DNA from: the human T2T-CHM13v2.0 reference genome, Homo sapiens
Assembly: GCA_009914755.4 (NCBI GenBank)
Contig: CP068257.2
Location: 21,312,001-21,376,000 of the forward strand
Direction of reading: 5' to 3'
DNA: 64,000 bases
The notes under the pieces were generated by a model. The model was given only the letters and a program-made list of their open reading frames with translations. It did no database searches and was not told where the DNA came from. The position numbers and the translations under genes were made by a program. Positions 53,178-64,000 of this stretch are shown here, one piece after another (positions within the stretch are counted from its first letter, which is position 1; each line of letters starts with the position of its first letter).

Positions 53178-56167
53178 TTACTTAATTGAATACACATTTT
53201 GAATTAACAGGATTTCTTCCTCACATAGGCTGATAGGAATCTCAGGATCAAATTAACTGCATACCACTGTTGACTACAGAATAGCTGATGATATTTTCAT
53301 CAGTGAATTCATTTTTGCCTTCAACTTGCTATAATACCCTTATTTATCGTCATTTTTACTTATCCTTATTTTAAATTCAATTTCATTCTGTGCATTTGTG
53401 TTATGTAACTTAACTATTCGTGAAACTGAATTTGGATAGCACTAAGTAAATAAAGCAAACACCAAATCACCACAGAAAGTAACACAAAAAATTGTCAATC
53501 TCTTAGGCTGCTGTGGACTGTAAATGATGAAAATATAACTCAATTATTTTTGGAAATAAGAAAAACACAGTGTTTTCCTCAGGAAATCCAACACTGGGGT
53601 AAATTTCAGGTTGGTTTAATAATCAGTTTAGCAATATTTTCAAGTGTTTAAATTCTCCATATATCTTAATTGTCTAATCCTTGGATTGGTTTCACTCTCA
53701 TCCACGTAGCAAGATTGCTGCAACAATTCTGGTTATCTTGTCCTAACATGACAGATTCAGACAAAGAGACAGAACAGTCCTTCCTGCTGGCTATTTCACT
53801 GGAGAAATAATACATTTTTTTTCAGAAGCTGCCTCCTGTTTCACTAGGCAGGATGTTTTGACATTTGCTTTTCTAAAACAGCCCGAAGCAAGAATAATTT
53901 AATTATTACAGTTTTCCTAATATTTATGTGTGACTCTGTAGACATGACAGCAATAGTCACAACGCCCAACACCATGCATTTCTCACTTTTTAAATGTATT
54001 ATTATTGTTGTTGTTTGTCCACCTGCTGAACTTCCTCTCTAGATGTTAAGAATTGTTTGCCCTGAAAATAGGAATCCCCATTAAAGTAGAGAAACTCTTA
54101 AAACTATTACCTTTACATTTTAGACTGAATCTTTAATGTACTCCAAGTAACCATTCATTCAAATAACCATTTGAAAACCTACAATGTGCCAAGCACTGTT
54201 TATTCTTTCAATCAGTATGAAATTATAAATGATAGTTACGTCTTCAAGAAGATTCTAATGCTTTTTAATTAAATGTTCAATTGAATGAATACTTTTGAGC
54301 ACCAAATTTATGTCAGAAACTCTGTTAAAAATTGGAGAATGACTATTTAACAAAACAAGTCTGGCCCTTGAGAAATAGATGCAAATTCTAGTTTCTTACA
54401 AAAATTATCTTAAATTCTTTGCTACATTTTATAAAATTAGGGTAAATTATGCTAAAAAAGCTACCTCTGATGACAGTGGTATGAAAGTTAGACTAGATAG
54501 AAATGAAGGTGGAGTTGAGAATATAGTTTAAAAAGTAAATGTAATAGATTAGAGACTATGATGCTGATCTAAAATAATAACAATAATAGCGTAAATATGT
54601 ATATCAAATGTTTGCAAGAGAGAAAATTTGATCATAAGAAAATAGCAAACCCAGGTTAATGACAGGAAGGAGCCAAATATTTATGTGGGGTTAAGAGGAA
54701 GATACTTTTAGTTATATGAAAACAGGTATTTTGTTTCCATCACATGTCCCATGAGGCTTCCCTACATCCAAATTGTGTAACTGATCTCTACTGGGTGAAA
54801 ACTGCTTTCCAGTACTCGTAGCTGTTTGAGATTTCCCAGTACTTGGAGTCACCTGTAATTGTGCATAACTTGATTATTTTATGTGAAAAAAGAACCTTAG
54901 ACTCTAACAAGTCTGAAGTAGGGTCACTAAGGTCTTGAAGGAGGGATGTTAACACACCTGGTGACAGCAAGTTCAAGAGGTTCTTCTGAACCTTTTCTGA
55001 AGGAGAGCATCTGCTCATTTACCAACAGATTGTTTCCAAGGCACATTTTAGGGAGGTATTTACTCCACCTGGGATATCAATCTACCCTTTGACACTTTGA
55101 CTCTGCTATTAATAGATGAAACCAAAACGCAGTGGAAAAAATGAGCCTTTCTGGGCTTCGAAAAGACGAACAAAGAGCCTGTTTCCAGGAATTTAAGTAG
55201 GAAAAATATGCAGATAATCTTACAAGGATAGTAAGGTTCAGGAAAGTGACAGGGATTAATTGATTGTGTTTTGATTGTAAGATTGCTGGCCACCATGAGG
55301 TCACAATGTAATTAAATGTTTTTAATCCACTGTGTTGTATTAAAAAAAACAGAAAAACGTTGAAAATAATTGACAAAGATGAGGTTGAGGTATATTAGCA
55401 GATTTGTTTTTCCTATTAGAAAAATATGTGAATTTCTATTGTGTAAAAATTCTACCCTCTATGGTTTTTGTTCATTTTACTACTTTGTGTCTACTACATA
55501 TGGGCCACCATATGTCACACAAATTTATAATGATTTTGACAAATAAACAGTCTTACATTTAACCAGTGAGTCACTGAGTCAAACACTATGGCCATGTCAC
55601 ATATCTTCTCCTCATGCAACAGTCTCACTTCACTACAACAAACAAAACTAAAGAAACAGAAGTTCTACATATACTGGGGGAAAAATCAGGCTGTATGTTA
55701 CACACACAATTTATTTTCAGCAAGAAACTATTTGACCATTTCGTACCTATAAAATGTCCAGTGGGAGAAATTACATTATTGACCCTGAGGCACTTATTTT
55801 TAAATGGAAGAGTGAGTTTACCTTTCTAACCATTCATCAAAGAGGAGTGAGTGGAACTTTAAAAGAAATACATTTCCAAAGAAAACTTGAAGATTGAAGT
55901 TCCACTCATCCTGCACTATGATGTTAAAATAAAAATAGCCTTGCCTGTGTGTAGTTTGCCTTAGATACAAGTTCCAGTAAACTACTTTGGCAAGGCCATC
56001 ATCATAAACAGTGACAGTAGGAAATATGATTCTTCATCTTCTCTCCAGATTATTTTGCTGCAAAAGTCTAGTGTCATCTAAACACATATTTCATATCTTG
56101 GATGAGGAATGAATTGGAAAGGTGTCTCTCTTCTACCATATCAGAACCTCTTTAAAGTAACGACAGA

Positions 56168-56217
56168 AAGAGAGACAGAGAGAGGAGGGAGAGAGAGAGA
56201 GAGAGAGAGGAGAGAGG
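56168..56217. repeat. (GA)n-rich imperfect microsatellite
   Basis: agagagacagagagaggagggagagagagagagagagaggagagagg. Confidence 0.75.
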
Positions 56218-57205
56218 TAGCAAAATACTAAGTTTGAGAGGAGAAAGCTAAAGAGTAAATGAAAAGGCAGAGAATTGAGTTATCTAAAGCATACATATAG
56301 AAAAATTTATAACTTTTGATGGATCTTATTTTTAAATATTATTAAATGATAGGAAATGACCAGTGTTAAAAATCTGGAAGTTAAAAAACTACAACAGAAA
56401 ATTCTCATGAATCACAAGTGATTGAAAGGAGACGGATAGAATTCTAAGTTTTATTAGTTATTGAATTTGTAGTCACATTGCCAGAAATTTCCGATTTTCG
56501 TAAGTGATCTTTATGCATAACAGAAATACTAATTGTTGTCATTTTCCCCCTTTAAACAAGTAAAATAGTTCAATTATCTCTATTCATTGTCTCTCCTACT
56601 TCTTTCTCATTTTTTTCTACTTATTGATTGTGCTCTCCTTCTATTTCTTCCTGCTCTGATTGCATTATTTTTCTTTCCAATAAACTTAAGAACTGGCATT
56701 GAATTTGGGCAATGAGGAAACCTAGAACTTGATGGAATAGTAAGGTTATTATGACAAACTTACAGCTAAAACTGTCGTGATGTATACTAACATGGTTAAT
56801 TATTAAGAGATTTAAAGGTTGGGGTGATGTAATCTTAAAGTTGGAGAAGTTATAGTCTAGTTACAGTATTGTACTGTAAATTCTAAATTATACAATTAAA
56901 TATATCAGTAAATAAAAAATGCTCTTTATATTGAAATGAGAAAATGATATGCCTCAACTGCACTAGTATATTCAACTGCATGCCATAAATATTTGAAAAA
57001 GAATAAATATTGAGATTCTGTTGGCAGAGGCCCGGTTTTTGACATTTTGTTTAAGAATTTACACTTGCCCATTAGTATTTGAAATAATACACTAAACCTA
57101 TGTAATGAGTAGAAGGTGGGCAGAAAAATGAGAGAAAGATGGTACCTATTTCTGATCAGCTGTTTTAAAAGAGTAAGTGAATTGCAAGCTACTTAGCAGA
57201 GTAAC

Positions 57206-57361
57206 TTTTTTTTTTTTTTTTTTTTGAGACGGAGTCTTGCTCTGTCGCCCAGGCTGGAGTGCAGTGGCGCCATCTCCGCTCACTGCAAGCTCCGCCGCCT
57301 CCCGGGTTCACACCATTCTCCTGCCTCAGCCTCCTGGAGTAGCTGGGACTACAGGCGCCAG
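57206..57361 (-). mobile_element. 5'-truncated Alu (right half only, minus) with a T25 tail and a 9-bp TSD cagagtaac (57197-57205 and 57367-57375)
   Basis: tttttttttttttttttttttgagacggagtcttgctctgtcgcccaggctggagtgcagtggcgccatctccgctcactgcaagctccgccgcctcccgggttcacaccattctcctgcctcagcctcctggagtagctgggactacaggcgcc, then stops. Flanks: ...cttagcagagtaac[Alu]agattatcagagtaacatttt. Confidence 0.88.
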
Positions 57362-59450
57362 ATTATCAGAGTAACATTTTACCATTGAGTAGTAAGTCAT
57401 ATAACAGATACAGTGCATAAAGATAAAACATTTATAATCATAAATCCCACCGATTTTCCTAATTAATAATCCATCATCACTGGCTTCATTATAATGTATA
57501 ATATGGATGAAACCAAAAAGATATGGCTTAATTCCAGCTTTAAACTGAAAACAATCTTCTATTGCTTTGAATTTTCACAACCCTGGAGCTAATGAGGTGT
57601 TACAGAGCAGTAGCCTTCAATGGCAGAAGAAGAACGAACAAGTGTTTCACTGTTTTTACAGTCCCTGTAAAAGATATAGATATGTTGAGCCATTGTTTAG
57701 GTTAATCCATCCTGTCTTTGTTGTCTGAGGAGACTGCCCATTGACTTATTAAAACTACAGCAGTTCTCTTGCTTCAGTCCTTTTCAAGAATTGTTTTCTG
57801 TAGCCTTTGCTTTGATTCTGTGGGTTGTCCCATTATCTTTCCAATAAATTACCTTATTTTGCTAAAGGTAGCCTATTTCTCTAGCTTGCAAACAAATAAT
57901 TCAAAAAAGACATAGATACTGTTTATTTGTTATCATTGATCTAAGGACTGCCAGAAGAGTTGCTACCAGAGTTTTGTATAAGCAATTTGCTTGGGAAAAT
58001 CAATGCAATGCTTTGCCTCCAGCATAACATCAGATTAAAAAGAAAGCTGCTGAGAAAGTAAAAGATCTTTTTATTGCCTCTAACACTGTGATGATAAACA
58101 ATCAATTTTCTTATCAAATGATTATATAGGACAGTATATATAAATCTATTATTTTGATATGAATTAATTTGTAGAATACATTAAGCCACAACTACAAATA
58201 CAATTTAAGAGCTCTTAGAATATAAAAATGAATATTTCACAATTGTACTTAAGACCTTCTGCTCTCTTTTTAAACCTCCAACATCTCCTTGTCTGTCTTC
58301 ATTCCTGCCAAACAACTTTGTTTCTTATCTGATAATGAAAATAGATTTGATAAGAAGGAAATTCTTATCAGCTCACATTAGCACTTTTACCCTTCTACCC
58401 ACGGTTGTCCTCATGTTCTATACTTTCTTTTCTGCTGCTTTGGCTTGGCAGTCCATATGCCTCTTCTCAGAGGTTAGATCACAGACACTCTCATTTCCTG
58501 AAGGTCACTGATCCGGATTCATTTATTTATGGCGACAGCTTCAACCTCCCTCTCTCTACTGCTGTTTCTCAGCAGTAGGCAAAAATGTCGTTATTTCAGC
58601 CATCTTAAAATCACTTTCACTGGACTTAATTTTCCTACTAATCACTAACCCATTTATTCACATCCCTTACAGAAAGCTCTTCCAAAGGAGTTTCCTTTAC
58701 TTGCTGTTCACAATAGCTTTTCTTCAGTTCTCATCAGAACCAACTGTGTTTAGGCTTTTGACCAATGCATCACTTCACTAACGCCGTTCTTGTCAATATC
58801 ACCAAGGATCCTTGCTTTTTAATATGTAATGGTAAAGTCTTAGTCCTCTTCATCTCATCACAGAATTTAACACACATTATTAGTCTCTCCTCATTTGTAT
58901 ATTTGCTTCACTTGCCTCATAAATACCACTGTCCTCCTTCACCAGAAACCCATTTTCAGTGACTCTTTCTTAGTTTCATCTCAATTCTTTCACCTCTTTA
59001 CACTGAAGGGTTCCAGGCCTGAGTCCTTGAATCCTTTATCTTTCCACATACACTCTTTTGTGTTCCCAACCCGCTTCATTGTTTTTAAATATAATCTAAA
59101 CCTGTATGATTTCTAAACGTATACTTCTTGCCTGTGGCTATATTCACATTGACTACAGAAAATAAATCAAGTTACAGAATTAAGGTGAATTTTATTCATT
59201 AATCTTACTGGGGAGAAGAGACTGAAGCCTGAGTCTCAGGAGCAGCCCTTTAGACAGATTCAATCAGTATTTCAGCCCACTTCTTATATACCCATGGTGG
59301 AGGTTCAGTACTTGCAAAATCACATCGCACCTGCTTACAAGTTACATTAAAGTAGAATCACATTGTGGTTTGGGTGTAAGAGTACATTTAGTTCTAGATT
59401 ACAGAAGCATAATAACTAACCCTGTCAGACATTATTAATCTTATGTGTAA

Positions 59451-59789
<339 letters not shown>

Positions 59790-61339
59790 TAGGTCATTTA
59801 TCTTTTGAAGAATGTAGTGGCTCAGGCAAGAGACGTAGGGGACCATGTTCTGTATTCTATTTTGTCTTCAAAGCATCTTTCTGGAGACCTATATGTCATC
59901 ATAGAGCCAGAGGCATTGTGAAATTATGCTGGCAAGCAGAAATGAGTAAACACGGCTTTTTATGTTTGCTGCTTTGTTTTACACTTTACTCCAGATTGGC
60001 ATTTCCAAGCTTCTTGTGCGTTTGCACTCTGCAGTATAAAAGACATCTTAACCTAAAATGACAAAACTGTACTTAGGAACTTTTCCCAAAATCTGCTTGC
60101 TTCTAATGCAGCCTTTTGTATCTCATTTAATAGCAACTTTTTTTCTTAGTCTTCAAAATTTGGGAGTCACAATTGACTGTTATCTCCTCTCACACCCCAT
60201 ATTTGATATTAAATTGATAATACATTTGGAAGTTGTCTGCGTATTTTTTTTTTTTTACCTCATCTACTGTAAACTAGGTCCAGGACACCTAAACCACTGC
60301 ATGATTTCAGTAGTCTCCTAAGTACTCTCTCTACTTCTAGCTATTCCTCTTTTTTTTTTCTCAACACAACCACCATAGTTAGCCTGTTAAGACCTGTGTC
60401 ACATACACAGAAGTTGGTCTCCTCAATAAGCAGATTCTCAGATGGGGTTTAATCCACAGTAGGTTTATCAAGGTGTTTCTTTTCCTTTAGCAGCTATGGA
60501 TGGAAGAAGAAAGAAGCAACATAGGCAGAAGGAGAAGTTAAAGTTGAAAGAAGACCCAACTGCAGACACAGCCAATCTCACTGGGTGCTCTGGAGCTGTA
60601 AAAACCTTTTAGGGCTATCTCAAAGTTTTCCAAGATGAGCTTAGAGGCCCATTCTTGTGGGATGCACCCTGAAAAGGGCACGATATTGGGCAAGCTCTCT
60701 GCAGCTGTGGCAAACTCTGAATTACCTGGAAGGTAAAGGCTGGCTGCCTGCCATCACTATCCTGGTAGCTGAGGCAACAAGATTCTCATCAAAGTGTGAG
60801 ATGACCTGTATGTCACAATGTCTACACCATCTCATCATGTCCCTTCTCAGCTTCAAACTAAGGACTTTTCATTGCTTTCAAAATTGGAGCCATAAAGTTC
60901 ACAATGACTTTCAATGCCCTACAACATCTAGACCTTCATTTAACCTCTTAAAATTCCCCATTTCACTCAACACTACTCCAGCATTTGTTGTCCTGTGTGT
61001 TCTTGGTCAAATATGTGAAACACACTGCCACCTTCTGGGCTATGGGCTTCCTCTGCCCTCGGCCTACTTGACGTGAACTTTCCCTAACAACTCACTGTCC
61101 ACTTTCTCGTCATTTTTAATGATTTTTTCAAATATCATGCTGATCATATGAAATATTAAGAGCACCCAGCTTTACTTTCTATTTCTCTTTTTATCATTTA
61201 TCTATCTATCCGTGTATCTATCATCACCTATTTATCTTCCCTCCAAGTTTTCAACATGAAGTACATTATTAAATTTTTATGTTCCTCAAAAGGGAAAAAT
61301 AATTTATTCGTAGAAAATAAATGAAAAATGATTGAATAA

Positions 61340-61590
61340 TGAAGACAAATGATAATGAGCTCTATAAAAAGCAAATATAATTTCGTAGCACAACAGGGTG
61401 ATTATAGTCAACAATATTATACATTTTAAAATAACTAAAAGAGTATAGTTGAATGTCGTAACAAAAATAAATGTTTGGGTTGAAAGATCTCCATTTAAAT
61501 ATGCCATATGCCTGGATAAAAATATATCATGTACCCCATACATATGTACACCAACTATGTACTCACAAAACTTAATTTTAAAAAAAGAAT
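61340..61590 (+). mobile_element. Old LINE-1 (L1MB/L1MC-like) 3'-terminal fragment
   Basis: tagcacaacagggtgattatagtcaacaatattatacattttaaaataactaaaagagtatagttgaatgt...gtttgggttgaaagatctccatttaaatatgccatatgcctggataaaaatatatcatgtaccccatacatatgtacaccaactatgtactcacaaaacttaattttaaaaaaa, parallel to the 3' end at 34440-34722. Confidence 0.7.
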
Positions 61591-61924
61591 GTAAAACATA
61601 AAATAAACGGTAGATATTAGAAGCAATAAAAATATATGTTTTCATATTTAAACAGTGAACAAATTTATGCTTAGATTATATAACCTGTATTACTGGTTAT
61701 AAATAGCAATCACTATAAGCTTCCAGGAAAGATTATCCCAATAACTACTAAGATGTCTATGAATACATGAAATAAATGGAAAACTCACAACCCTTCCACA
61801 ATACACATGCAAACTAAAGTTTGCATTTGATGTGTACTTAAGAGTCTATGACTTATTTTAACTAACTATAATATCAACAGAACCTTAAAAAGCATTTTAA
61901 ACTCACCATGACTGAGGTTTTTCC

Positions 61925-62229
61925 TTTCTTTTTTTTTTTGTTTTTTTTTGAGACAGGATCTCACTCTGTCATCCAGGCTAGAGTACAGTGGTGCAATCTC
62001 AGCTCACTTCAACCTTTACCTCCCAGACTCAAGCAATCCTCCTTTGATCAGCCTCCTGAGTAGCTGGGACTACAGTCACACCACCACACCTGGCTAATAT
62101 TTGCATTTTTTGTAGAGATGGGGTTTTGCCATGTTGCCTACGCTGATCTCGAACCCCTGGGCTCAAGGGAGGCACCCGCCTCAGCTTCCCAAAGTGCTGG
62201 GATTATAGGCATGAGCCAATGTCCTGGCC
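61925..62229 (-). mobile_element. Alu (minus) with an interrupted T-tail
   Basis: ctttttttttttgtttttttttgagacaggatctcactctgtcatccaggctagagtacagtggtgcaatctcagctcacttcaacctttacctcccagactcaagcaatcctcc...gtgctgggattataggcatgagccaatgtcctggcc. Confidence 0.9.
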
Positions 62230-64000
62230 TTTAGATTTTTTAAAATAGAGCAAATTAACACACTTGCAGGGTATAGAAAACCTCATAGTTTCTCTCCCCA
62301 ATTCAGCATCTATGAATTAGAAACTCTGAGGCTGTATCTCAGGAAAAAAAATTATATAGCTATTACTCAGATATGTGGGAACTTCCTTAATGTAGTTATA
62401 ATATGTTGAGCTCACTTCCTATGAATAATTGCTGTGTAATGGTTCTCATGTCACTGGTATTGGTAAAGAAAATTATGTGGTTCTGTGTTTAATGGATAAA
62501 TATTGCATATAATAAGAATAGCTTTGCTGGTGAGCAAGTGAAGTGGATAATCATGCTAAAGGACAAATAGTCACTATAACCCCAGATATTGTATGTGTCA
62601 CATACTAAATTATGAATTATTTGCATTTAATTGACCTCATTCATTAGACATGAATGGGTTTTCTGTTTTTTCTCCATTTTTACCTTTGTTTTATGGCTGA
62701 AAGTTGCTTGGGAATAAGATGAAAACATACAGCGATTCCTACAAATGGAGGTATGTTGTACTGATTAAAACATGGGCCCTGAAGTAAGCCCATTTTGTTC
62801 TAAATCTCAGCTATATCCCTTCTTTGTTGTGAGAACTTGAGGAAATAAGTAAGCATCTTTGCACTTCAGATTCCTCATCTGTAATATAACTACCTCTAAT
62901 ACGTTGGGATGTCAAGAAGATAAAGGATATTACTAGAGGCTGAGGAACTTTGAACATTTTCTAGTAGTACATAAGCTTTCAACATAGGTTAATTTTCCAC
63001 CTGTAAATTATCTTAAGGATGAAGAAGATTCCTCCTCCATTAAGTAGGACTTCATGAGGAAGTTGTATGGATCCCATAGACAACAACCATATTCTATCTC
63101 TAGATCCACTATGGCATTGAAGAATCATTCATATGAATGTGAGTAGGAGGACACCATTGAAAAAATGACTCACTACTTAGTAGAATTGGGAAAGGAGGGT
63201 GATAACACGAGAATTTCAAGACGCCTCATACCATTTTTGCTTGAATACTAAGAAGTAATGATGTGCAATGAGCAGGGAAAACAGAGGTAGGATATAAAGT
63301 TGGGTAAGTAAAAGCTACTTAGATCAGAGCATAGTAATGAGGATCTTGAATTCACTCTTTTTCCCTCCAACAACAACTAATTCATCTCATCCCAGTCCAG
63401 CCACACTAGTTTCCTTCAATTTGTCAGTTTGAACTTTCTATGCTTATTTTTGCTCCAAGACACTAGGATTTTCTGTTGCTACTCCCTGGTAGCCCTTTCT
63501 TTTAGTTCTTAAATAACTACTTCGTTAGCTGAGACTCATCTCAAACTCTCCCCCTATCTATGGCTGTGCTTCACCTTACTACCCAGTGATGCCTGTATTT
63601 ACTACCGTCATCTCAACTGGCAGATTTTCTTCTTTTTATTTATCACTATTTGAGGTTTTATTATAATAACTGGGGAAAAACAGCCACAGTAAATTATTGG
63701 TTTGTGAGTAAAGGTTTTGTTCTTCTGTTGCTGTATGATGTCACATTCTATTGCAAATTTATTGCAAGTTCTGGACTAAACTGAGAAAATACTTTTTTTT
63801 TGGACAAATATTGACTTTTACCATGTGTAATTAGAATGTAACAGAATTTCTGAATGTGTCACATGGTTTGAAGACACAGTGAATCACCTTTTTATTATAT
63901 AGATACCTTGTTTTCTCTCTGTCCTTCAAAATAATCTGACTATAAATGAACTTTAATAAACACATTTTTGCAAAGAAGAAAGAATGATTGTATGCTTACT

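Noticed and set aside
60657-61076. 139-aa plus-strand ORF in apparently unique sequence (MGCTLKRARYWASSLQLWQTLNYLEGKGWLPAITILVAEATRF...)
   Set aside because: No recognisable domain or motif, Leu/Ser/Cys-rich composition, no adjacent ORFs or splice-consistent context, and I can see no codon-bias signal. Most likely a chance ORF, possibly within an ancient MaLR-internal-like repeat. It would need BLASTX or conservation data to revive.

Overview
This 64-kb window is primate (human-like) nuclear genomic DNA, not a prokaryotic or viral locus. It is AT-rich and gene-poor, and roughly half of it is recognisable transposable-element sequence. Read directly from the sequence, it contains at least 10 Alu copies (full-length with A/T tails and target-site duplications, plus three 5'-truncated copies), at least eight LINE-1 copies of different ages, THE1/MST- and MLT1-type MaLR LTRs, two MIRs and several microsatellites. 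The youngest L1 is a 5'-truncated L1PA-type element that retains the native ORF2 stop and 3'UTR. Every long ORF in the six-frame track that I could place is an L1 ORF1/ORF2 remnant, Alu/(CA)n read-through or L1 5'UTR. The two longest ORFs in sequence I could not classify (37658-38149, 60657-61076) have no recognisable domain. I cannot support any cellular protein-coding exon, tRNA/rRNA gene, CRISPR array or operon-like system. I therefore do not claim a novel biological system here. The observations worth a second look are structural features of the mobile elements: (i) an L1PA insertion bounded by a perfect 42-bp target-site duplication; (ii) an old L1 with a direct-inverted-direct internal architecture plus a ~0.9-kb deletion; (iii) a minus-strand L1 with a twin-priming-type 5' inversion and two nested Alus; (iv) two adjacent old L1s each interrupted by a THE1-type solo LTR; (v) small local duplications (91-bp tandem, ~130-bp dispersed); and (vi) STRs grown from Alu tails. 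All coordinates were found by eye and are approximate to within ~10 bp.
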